The notes beneath the pieces are model-generated. The model searched no databases. It was not told the origin of the DNA and worked only from the letters and a program-made list of their open reading frames with translations. From Takakia lepidozioides (taxonomy: Eukaryota > Plantae > Bryophyta): 64,000 nucleotides of DNA. Made by a program: the position numbers and the translations under genes. This document shows, piece after piece, positions 53,895 through 64,000 of the stretch. The stretch is taken from NCBI GenBank assembly GCA_030704615.1, contig CM060732.1, forward strand, positions 75,640,001-75,704,000, written 5' to 3'. How positions within the stretch are numbered: position 1 is the stretch's first letter; each line of letters opens with the position of its first letter.

Positions 53895-56800
53895 TCACCA
53901 GTACTCGCCACAAGAACAAACCCCACACTCAAAGTGGTGGAAGTGATTGGCATCCCGTACAACAATCTTTCGCCCAACAATCTTTGAGATGAACTTGGTG
54001 GCTGTGTGACAGTCACCGCACACACGAAGGTTCTTGATGACACAGAGCCTTGTCCCCGGGGCTGTGCTGATCAGCCCAAATGCAATTGCCAGCTTCTCAC
54101 TGTGGTAGCAAAGAGAGTATTCCTTTTGCTCCTCCTCCACATCATGCAATACAAAGTGTGTGTCAGCCACATATCCTGCCTCCTTCATCTGCCCAGACAG
54201 TCTTCTCAGTTCAGCATGGATTTCCTCTATTTGTGGATGCAATTTGTCATCTACTAGGAAAGTATGCACCCTGTTGTCCACCTCAATGCAGCTGTGCCCT
54301 GGCTCCTTTCTGACACACATGTCTTTCATCATTTTCCTCACCTTTGCAGTATCATCCCACCTGCCAGCTGCGGCATAGATATTTGATAGCAACACGTAAG
54401 TTGCAGCGTCCAGTTGATCCCACTTGAAAATAGATTTTGCTGCACGTTCTGCAACCTCCACATTGCCATGAATTCTGCAGCCACCAAGCAAGGATTTCCA
54501 CACCAGAACATGTGGTTGGACTGGCATTGTGTTAATAAAGTCCTCAGCCTCATCCAATCGCCCCGCACGGCTCAGAAGGTCCACCATGCAGCCAAAGTGC
54601 TCCACTGTAGGAGTGAGGCCATGATCTCGATGCAGGGAATCAAAGTAGTGCCTTCCTTCGTCTATTAGGCCCCCATGGCTACATGCTTGGAGAACACATA
54701 TAAAGGTAATATTGCTCGGCTTCAAGCCTTCCATTTGCATTCCTTCAAATAGTTGCAAGGCCTCCCTACGACAACCATGCTGGGCATATCCTGCAATCAT
54801 CGCACTCCATGAAACCACATTTCGTTCAGCCATATTGTCAAACACTCCCTTTGCATCCTCAATGCTCCCACATTTGGCATACATGTCGACAAGGGTATTG
54901 TATAAAGTAACATCTGGTACAATTCCAGCTTTCATGATGTCAGCATGGACCTCTTTGCCCTTTCCCAGGGCTGCCATGCTTGCACAGGCATTGCAAACAC
55001 AAACAAATGTGACTTGGTCTGGCTTCACCATTTTGCACATCATTTCCTCATAGGTCTCCAAAGCCTCCGTCCCGCACCCATGCTGCACATATCCTGCGAT
55101 CATCGCACTCCATGATACCACATTTCGTTCAGTCATGTTGTCAAACAACCACTTTGCGTCCTCGAGACTTCCACATTTGGCATACATATGCACAAGGGTG
55201 GTAGTCAGAATCATGTTGGGTACAATTCCAGCTTTCACGATGTCAGCATGGACCTCTTTGCCCTTTTCTAGGGACGCCAAGCTGGCACAAGCATTGCAAA
55301 TGCCAATGAATGTGACTAGATCTGGCTTCACCCCTTCCTGCATCATCTGCTCATAGGACTCCCAAGCCTCCAATCCACATCCATGCTGGCCATATCCTGT
55401 GATCATCACATTCCATGATACCACATTTCGTTCAACCATATTGTCGAACAACCCTTTTGCATCCTTGAGGCTCCCGCATTTGGCATACATATCCATGAGC
55501 GTATTGTTTAGAATGACATCAGGAATAATCCCAGCTTTCATGATGTCAGCATGGACCTCTTTGCCCTTTCCCAGGGCTGCCAGGCTGGCACACACATTGC
55601 AAATGCATGCGAACGTGACCTGGTCCGGTTTCACCCCTTCCAGCATCATTTGTTCATAGGCCTCCAAAACCTCCAATGCACACCTCTCCTTGGCATATCC
55701 TGCGATCATCGAATTCCATGACACAACATTTCGCTCAGCCATATTATCAAACAATCGCTTTGCATCCTCGATGCTCCCACATTTGGTATACATGTCCACA
55801 AGGGTATTGTTCAGAATGACATCCGGTACAATTCCAGCCTTCATGATGTCAGCATAGACCTCTTGGCCCTTTTCCAGGGATGCCAGGCTTGCACACGCAT
55901 TACAAACAGAAACAAATGTGACCTGGTCTGGCTTCACCCCTTCCCGCATCATTTGCTCATAGGTCTCTAAAGCATCCATCCCGCAACAATGCTGGGAATA
56001 TCCTGTTATCATCGCATTCCAGGACACCACATTTCGTTCAGCCATATTGTCAAACACTACCTTTGCATCCTTGAGGCTCCTGCATTTGGCATACATGTCC
56101 ACAAGGGTAGTGTTCAAAATCATATTTGGTACAACTCCAGATTTTATGATGTCAGTATGCACCTTTCTGCCCTTCTCCAGGGCTGCCAGGCTGGCACAGG
56201 CATTGCAAACGCAAGCAAATGTAACCTGGTCCGGCTTCACACCTTCCTGCATCATTTGATCATAGGTATGCAAAGCCTCGTTCCTCCATCCATGGTGGGC
56301 ATATCCTGCGATCATCACACTCCACGACACGACATTTCGTTCAACCATACTGTCAAACACTTCCTTTGCATCCTTAAGGCTCCCACATTTGGCATACATG
56401 TCCACGAGTGTAGTACTCAGAATTATATTTGGTAGAATTCCAGCTTTCATGATGGCAGAATGGATCTCTTTGCCCTTTTCCAGGTCTCCCAGGCTCGCAC
56501 ATGCTTTGCAAACAGAAATGAATGTGATCTGGTTGGGATGCACCCCATCCTGCATCATTTGCTCATAGGTCTCCAAGGTATTCTTACCACATCCATGCTT
56601 GGTAAATCCTGACAGCATTATATTCCACGTGATCAAACCTCGTTCAGGCATTTTGTCAAACACTTGGTGTGCATCAACAATTCTCCCACATTTAACATAC
56701 ATGTTGACGAGGGTGTTGCATAGAAACGTGTTTGGCTTGAATCCAGTTTGGATAATATGAGCATGCACCTGCTTTCCCGCTGATAGGTCTTTTATCTTGA

Positions 56801-59310
56801 TGCACTTATGCAAGAGGCAGACATAAGTATCTGAATCTGCCGAACTGCCAGTTTCGTTCAAAATTCGCAGTGCCTGTTTCAGTTGTCCAGTCTCACATAG
56901 CGTCCGCACATGCCCAGAACCGCCAGAAGTGATCTTGTGGACTGCCTCTTGTGGACCTCTTTTTGAAGCGGTGCTTATGGTGCAGATGCCTGATTTTATC
57001 AACTGTGCTGCTGCTTCCAGTTGACCATCCACCCATCCGGGTTTCTCGTAGCTATCAATCCACATTGGCATATAGCTATTCTTGAGCTCACAATCTGGTC
57101 CTCTCGGATGGATCTGCATGCACACTCAAATACATGCTCCTTCAAGCTATCCCTACTCAGCAACCAGAATGCGTAGATCTTCCCCTTGCTGCTAGCATTT
57201 GACAATGACAACTAACAATTCATCTAGCAAACCCACCAATCCTACTCACCCCACGCTAGTTCCTGTGGTGAATCACTGAGAATAACTTAAAAAATGTATT
57301 GGGAGAGAAGAACGATGACAACTTGCAAAGACAGTTTTTCAATGAATCTTTTTCTTGTCTGCTTTTGCTTCCGTTCTGACATAACAGGCATTCACCTTTC
57401 TGCCTGGATTGTCCCACCATTGAATGGGGTTTGAATAACATTCCTTCGGAAGCTTCTCCTCATTTTTGTTCCTGGTTTTCACATATTTGCCTGTTAACCC
57501 ATTTGCGGTAACATGTGAGAGACACTCAGAATGACCATACAACCCCCCGACAAGCTGACTTATAAAACTCGACATGAACATTTAGGGACGAATCTGATAA
57601 GAGGACAAAACAACCCAAAATCTGATCTGATGGAATCGGATAATACAAGGCTATACATGTTGAAGAAGAAGGTGCGGCATTGACTCACCACATTGTCCTT
57701 GACCTTGTGTCATGAAAGCAGCTAGCTTTTCATTCACCCAAGGAGGACTCAAGAAACCATCAATCCAAAGGACCTTTTGTGTGTGCTGGTTAGGTCCGTA
57801 GTCTAGTGATCTTGGATTGGTCTGTAAAAACCACCCCGTTGTAGCTGAGCAGCCGTAGTTTTTAAGACGACCTTCTAAGACCAAGTTGACCCTCCCAAGT
57901 ACCTTGACCAGCAGTTTAAACCCTTGGGCAATGCACTATCATGATTTGTTAAGGAAGAACTACCTCTGATACTGACAGGAAGAGCCACTTCTGCGGAACG
58001 GATAAACTTATTCACATCATACAAGAAGCGAACTGCACCTTGCCTTTGCAGTTGTCCCAACACCATGAAGGATCTTCAAAGAACTCTTGCCAGCGCTGTT
58101 CCATGCTCCATTGTTGACCTTCATGCCAGAAAATCCAAGAGCATCAGAACTTTGACAGGCATCTTCATGGAGGAGTGCTGGTGTAGCTTTCGACAACATT
58201 CATCAAGTCACTCTTGGCTCAATGAGGAACATACAACCGTGTCCTACCTTACAGATGCTAAACAAGCTTGTAAATCACAAGGCTACCCCTCTAATCAGGC
58301 TCACTGGAGTCATACTCACATTCATCTTGAAGTTTCAAAGGAGCTCCATCATCCACAGCAGAATCATAACTGCACTTTGATGTTTTTCCACCATCACTAG
58401 ACTGTTCTCGGCCTTGTGCCATGGCAATTAGCTTTTCTTCCACCCAAGGAGGATGGAACCAACCCTCAATCGACAGGCGCTCTTGTGAACACTGCTTACG
58501 GCTGTAGTCGTCTGGAGATTTTGGATTGGTCTGTGAAACCCACCAGGGAGCAGCTGAGCAGCAACAGTTTTAACGAAGCCACAAACATCAACCCTCCCAA
58601 GTACCTTCCAAACTCCAGGGAAGACCTCGCGCATCCTACTTTCATGCCCTGCTTCGGAAGAACAAGCCACGATATTGACAATACTGACGGTAAGATCAAC
58701 TTTGCACAAGAAACCGAGGTTCTAATTTCACTCAATAACAAGGGGTACAATCAAGCTCACAAATTATTTATCATAAGTCAGTCAACACCCCTCCCTGACA
58801 GACTCTTTCGCATGCTACATGAAGAAAGCCCACCTTGTTAACGCCGCAGTCCCACCATTGTGAAGAATCTTCAAGGAAATCCTGCCCGCGCTGTTCCATG
58901 CTCCAGCCTTGACCAACGTGCCAGATATACCAATCAAAGCCCTTGTCCGAGTATCCATGTGCTTGCTTGCTTCTTGCCCAGATTATATTCATTTCTGATG
59001 GATAGCTCGAAGGACAACTCCAAGCCTGAATGCTGCAGTGACTAAAAAAAAGCGTACAAATCCGCAAAGTTTCCGTGTTATCACCTAACTTATGTGGCCT
59101 TCCTGACGGTTTGGGAGGCGCCATAGCTACCACTTGCAAGGGACTCCATCCTTCGCGGATTGCCAAGTGGGATGGCGCTTTCAGCTCCACAGCCCAGCAC
59201 CTTAATCTGGTGCACGATGTAATGCCTCTCGCATGACCGGCTCGAGAACACAGGGCCATCGGTATGAAGTCCACATGCTCGCTCAGGAGAACGCCCGAAC
59301 ACGCTGCCAT
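53895..59310 (-). CDS. Chimeric protein: RPL11-like transit peptide + 3 OSB-type PDF motifs + PLS-PPR-E-DYW editing factor (paralogue 3, predicted 1404 aa)
   Basis: Exons 59310-58834, 58530-58320, 58118-58039, 57821-57689, 57490-57396 and 57113-53895. All introns are GT-AG with compatible phases; total 4215 nt, no internal stop. Six P1-L1-S1 triplets, KEPGHSCIE, HSEKLA, CGDCH, EYW. The PPR-DYW part is near certain; the 5' model is inferred. Confidence 0.8.
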
Positions 59311-59541
59311 CCCTACCAGTGAGGCACAGAAGATATAATACTGGTCCGTGCACTTGGAAACGATTGCACCGCCAAGATCTGTATATGAGAAAAAGATCAC
59401 AGCTTCAAGGATGAAGCACAGGTCGGAACAGTGATTTGCTGCTACATTCTCTAAGTCTCTATACTTCGCTCTCAACCTCGCTTCAAAGCACGATCCTCAT
59501 CACTGTCAACTCACGGTCGTCTCCACCAGTTTCACTCTTCC

Positions 59542-62452
59542 TGTGTACACACTCCCGCGGGTCGCCCCCTGCCCGCGCCCCCCAACGCGGTCGTCCCAGC
59601 GCGGCCCGACCGCGCAGCCCTCTGCGGGTCTCCCTCCAATCGGTCGTTCTGCCGCCGTACTCCTCCGCGGTCCTTCACCTGGTCTGCTGACCTGGGTCCA
59701 TTGCATTGGGTCCACTGGACTTGGTCCCGACATCAGGTCTCCCCAAGTTTATCCCCCTCACCAAGTCATGAGAGCTGGAGAGTCTTATAAAAAGATTTTG
59801 GGTCAATCTCAACCGTCCAATCATGGATGGTTAAGATTGCCCATGATGTTAGTATTAAAGAGATAGTGGTCTTCTATTAGAGCATCAGTCTCCATCGGGG
59901 TCGAGGCTAAATGGCCCGGCAACGGCAAAGCTTTGGTATTCGCACCCCGGGCCCGTACTTTCGTGCAGGATACGGCCCTCTAGGCCCGGCCGGTACGTGC
60001 TAGAGCGACAAAAAAAAAATGACTGCCTGCATTTATGGCGTGAGGGTAAGGCGCAGTCTGTCCAGGTGGTTCCTCCAGAGCAAGGCACGTCAGCCAAAAA
60101 GACATGTGCAGGGTAATTTGATGGGGTTGCTGCTGGGGGAGGGGAGTGTTGGAGGCCGCAGGAGGTTACTGTTGCAATGTTGTTTGGTGTACCCCTGGTG
60201 GAGATGCTCTTATGTACTATATAAGGCGCCGGGCAACACCATTTTGCTCGGTTCGCTGCCCGTCTGGCTCGCCCTAACGGGCTCGCCAAAATCCTTGAAC
60301 AGGCAGCTTAGGGCGAGCCAGAATTCGAGGACGGGCAGCGAACCGAGCAGAATGGTGTTGCCCGGCGCCTTCAATGGCATTAAGGTCTGGGGTGGAATTT
60401 TCTGCGGTCATCTTTTATGGAAGCCATTCTGCATACAGAATGGCGAGTTTGTGATCCGGAAGCCAATCTGCATGTAGAATGGTGACCATGTGAGTGGCGG
60501 GGCCCACGGCCTGATCTTCAACCTGAAAAACCTCCGCGTTTGGGGCAAAAAATGCCACCCCAGATCTTAATGGGTCTTTTGACCACGGGTCTCCTCATAT
60601 GGGTTTGTATGATTCTACAGATTATGGGTCTCCTCATGTACTTGTCCTACTATAGATTTATGAACGGAGTTCATGGCCTATATAATGTCGGCTCGAAACC
60701 GTACCACTGATCTGGTCCCCTAGATGGTAGCTTTATGAAACAACCTCTTGACAATTGGCGACCCAATGCCTTCATTGTAGACGATACGGATGCAGAGATC
60801 AACACAATTTGGTGACGGGGCTTTCCACACCATAGTACTTTGAAAACATTCCGATTAGTCATTGCAATGTCAAGGACTGCCCGCTCTTGCATTTCTCTAA
60901 ACCAGGACATAGCCGCTTGCAGGAGGTTGTCTTTGGTAGTTGCATTTCCATACATGAAATCAACTCGCACAGACTCTATCTCTTTGAACATGTTTCGGTA
61001 CAACGAAAAAGATTCCAAATTGCATCCACCAACTTTCAATGAATCGTTTGCATATGTTCTCAAAGTGTGTGGCAATGTAAACAAGTGCATTTTAGGAGAC
61101 ACCATATGTTGGGTGTGCCATGGATGTTGCCCACCACTCTAAGGGTCGCACATTCTTGAGCAACAAAATCCCACGGTGAAAAAGGCACAAATTGCCACCT
61201 TCAATCACATAAGATCTTGTGTATGTTGAACTACCAGTCCAAATCTTCACCAACCTGGAAATGAGGACGAAGAGGATCCGATGAACCTCCTTTAGAATGA
61301 TCATTATGAAGACGGACCATTTTGGGGAACACACATCTTTTCTAGGCTGATGTGCTCCACTTGTAGTGTCTTGCATATTTGTGGGTATCTTTGGGTGCAC
61401 TTGTGGGATACTGATAGTTGTAGGTTTGCTAACATAGGGGTCTATTACACGGGGCCTAGGTCTATTCAAGGTCTACTAGTTTGGGTCTACTATAACGATG
61501 GACCCATCCTATTGGGAGAGGGTCCTCTCAACTTGAAAGACTACACTAAGAAGGTCTATTCCTAGGGTGGTCTATTTGTGAGGGTCTACTATGTAAGTAT
61601 ACCGAACAATTATTTCTAGAGGGTGTCCCATAAACGCTTCCCCACCCACCGACCCGACCAAGGCCCTCATCGTACACTTAATTGAATTCACCTAATGTAA
61701 TGACCGCTTTCCTAGCACCTCCGCTTTCAAAAAACGACAGAAGTACGCACCACTCATCTTGGCCATCCGCCGACGCGGCTGGCATACATGACCACTTACT
61801 GTCATCATTGCCAGCACCAGAGGAGGCATCTATAACGCCAGCATTTGTGCACTTCAAAATAACTTTAAACTCCCCATTTCCTCTATACATAAATGTCTTA
61901 AAGCCATATACCTCACAACGCTCCGTTCCCTTACAGCTATCATCACCAACAAGCGACAACTAGAAAACCCCTCTTTCTCATAGGCACCTTGGCGGCCTCG
62001 AGTACCCACTACCCCACGGGTACCTTCCTCCTGTCGGTTACATGGTGTCCCCTGGACACTGGTTTCTTGTTCACATAGGGCCCACCCCTGAAAAGGGGCG
62101 GTAGCCGCAAGGCGAAGTGGCTCTTAGTTGCGCTGGCTTCGGCCAGAGTCTTCTCTCTCTCTCTCTTCTAGAGGGTGGAAGTCTCAACAAGTCTTCAGCA
62201 TCGATGGCTGCACATTGGGAGCCAAAAGGAAATATGGGTCTACATGGAAGACCCTACCCAGGAGACCTTGAAAACCTACGTCAGCAGACCCGAGGTTGGG
62301 GAGCGACCCAGGTCAGCAGACCAGGGGAAGGAGGACGGCGGCAGAGCGACCGGTTTGGGGGGACCCGCGGAGGGCTGCGCGGTCGGGCCGCGCAGCGTTG
62401 GGGCCGCCGCGTAGGGGGCGCGGGCAGGGGGCGACCCGAGGGATGGACACAC
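59542..62452. mobile_element. Pair of GC-rich inverted repeats (about 155 bp) bounding 2.9 kb; putative long-TIR (MULE/foldback-like) element
   Basis: 59542-59698 (gggtcgccccctgcccgcgccccc...ctggtctgctgacctgggtc) is the reverse complement of 62306-62452. No TSD and no recognisable transposase. Confidence 0.55.
60384..60566. mobile_element. Tourist/PIF-like MITE
   Basis: ggtctggggtggaattttctgc vs gcaaaaaatgccaccccagatc. TTAA on both flanks (60380-60383, 60567-60570). Confidence 0.6.
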
Positions 62453-62502
62453 ATGTCAAAGCGTGCGAGTTTAGACACTAAGGCCCCGTCCGCACTGGTG
62501 GT

Positions 62503-62609
62503 TAACTAGCCACTGCTAGCAATGGTTAGTTAGCCATTGTTGAACAATGGTTAGTTAGCCCAGGTTAGAGAGCGGTCGCACTTATGGCTAAAAGTTAGCA
62601 GTGGCTAAC
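62503..62609. repeat. Small palindromic/tandem element
   Basis: tagccactgcta ... tagcagtggcta inverted pair, with internal direct repeat caatggttagttagcc twice. Confidence 0.5.
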
Positions 62610-64000
62610 GAGGGTTATCCCGCGAGCTGCCCGCCAAGCGCCGCTGGAGCTGCCCGTCGAGGCAGAGGACGCCATAGCTGCGAAGCTCGGACTGCTTGCA
62701 TCTGTACTTTCGTGGAGCCCAGCTACAGTACGCCAGTTAGGAGCCCTTTTCGAACTTCTTCCCCCTTTCTATGCTACTTCATGCACAAATAGATTTGGCC
62801 ACACATGCTCTCCATCTCCTGGTTTTCCTACCCAGCTTGACCAGTCCCACCAAAAGCATTTATCTAGAAAATTCACCTTGTCAACTGCAGCTTCGAATAG
62901 TTTGTTCACATAACAAGATGGCATACCACTTAAGGCTGTGCATTGACATGCATAAGTGGCTTCATATCATGCAAGCTTCCTCAATCTGCAGGTTCTGTTC
63001 CACGGTGTTTAGAGAATCTTACTCAAAGAAAAAGTGCTCAAAAGCTACAATAAACATAGGAACTCTTAGGCCACATAAATTTCTTTCGAGAGCAAAACAA
63101 CATTGCAACCCACTTAAGACTGGGGATGGGCACCCAATGGCTGTAAAGGAAAGAAAAGATGGCAGACCATATCACAGCAGATTGCCCACTTTTGCCAAAG
63201 GATCAAAACTAAGCAACAGTACTCGGACAATAGACAATAAGCTTCCGAAAGTTTTCTAGAGCATGGAGATTTTTGGGGACAGCCTGTCATTACTCAACTG
63301 ATTGCTACGCACGAGAGAGAGAGAATTTCGATGAAGCAGGTATGTATGAAAACAGTGGCTCATCGGATTTGACGTCAGGTGCAGGCCTGGATAGAACTCG
63401 TGTGAACAAGTGCAGCACGAGAAGGAACTGGGATGCATAAGGAAAAGCCACCATGCAGAAGTCTTTGTCCTCTAATTTCTGCACTTGGTAACCATGCTGT
63501 TGAGTTCAGTGGTTGACTGTGGAAAAGAGCTTCAGTTCTTAAAACTTTGCACTCATTAAAGTTACCTAGAGTTTGCTTGCAACTCAGTGTTAGTGAAGGT
63601 ACTCTATCTTTACACTAATCATTTCATATCTAGCACAAAAGTATCCAAATCTAAGTGCAAGACTTCAGGTTTGTTTCTATGTCTAGGCATCTAGATTGTT
63701 GATAAACCTTAGTATTCAACAAACCTGTTTTGCATCAGAGTGTTGTGCCTAGAGGAGGAATATGAAAGCAGGGCCAATGACCTTTTAGTGCTTTCAAGGT
63801 GACCATGCCATGATTGAACCTAGTCTAGGCTAATCAGCTTCCATGGTTCAACTTGAAAGACCAAAGATGTAGATAAGTGTCTCTACTGAGGAATATCTTT
63901 CAATGACAATATCTCAGGCTCTTCCCGCTCCTCTTCTACCACAAACTCTGGCTCTAGCACTGTTGGGCCTGTAACATGTACAAGCTGGTAAAATTTTATA

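Noticed and set aside
44062-54320. DYW domains as U-to-C (KP-type) editing factors
   Set aside because: Both intact domains have a PG box, HSEKLA and CGDCH, ending EYW, which is the ordinary C-to-U type.
44173-56435. Many antisense/overlapping ORFs across the PPR genes (e.g. 50317-51126)
   Set aside because: They are shadows of the repetitive PPR coding frame with no independent motifs.
44900-56700. Regular 303-bp repeats could suggest an array or satellite
   Set aside because: They are P1-L1-S1 coding triplets. There is no repeat-spacer structure, and the context is eukaryotic.
57875-58960. Recurring peptide GAWNSAG..LKILHNGGT in several ORF-track entries
   Set aside because: It is the wrong frame of the PDF first-half exons (WSMEQRWQEFF..WWDN), which are bounded by splice sites.
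58771-59475. A complete RPL11 gene
   Set aside because: Only a leader-like segment is present; no L11 core exons exist downstream.
62601-64000. Possible start of another gene (ORFs 62601-62792 and 62771-63259, splice-like sites)
   Set aside because: No recognisable domain and no consistent exon chain within the window.

Overview
Nuclear genomic DNA of a land plant with spliced, multi-exon genes. The lineage is probably non-seed with flagellated sperm (bryophyte, lycophyte or fern), inferred from a PIBF1/CEP90 centriolar gene and very regular PLS-PPR arrays. Bases 1-5 kb hold transposon relics: a piggyBac-like element, a CAC..GTG element and a Crypton/DUF3504-like relic. Then follow a BAHD acyltransferase exon, PIBF1, an At3g12590-like gene, an IST1-like gene, AXY9, an SLC25A38-like mitochondrial carrier, and three paralogous PLS-PPR-DYW genes (44-59 kb). 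Main finding: the ORF track shows the PPR genes as single exons, but each is preceded by small exons encoding tandem PDF-type motifs (W..FF.DP..WWDN..K | .NP..PDFKH...LWI....P.WV..L), the ssDNA-binding motif of organellar OSB proteins. In the third paralogue these exons splice in frame behind a leader resembling the plastid ribosomal protein L11 N-terminus. The predicted product is a 1404-aa chimera: transit peptide, three PDF motifs, about 23 PPR motifs and a DYW deaminase. The other two paralogues have lost either the PDF module or the deaminase. All family assignments come from motif recognition by eye; no database searches were run.
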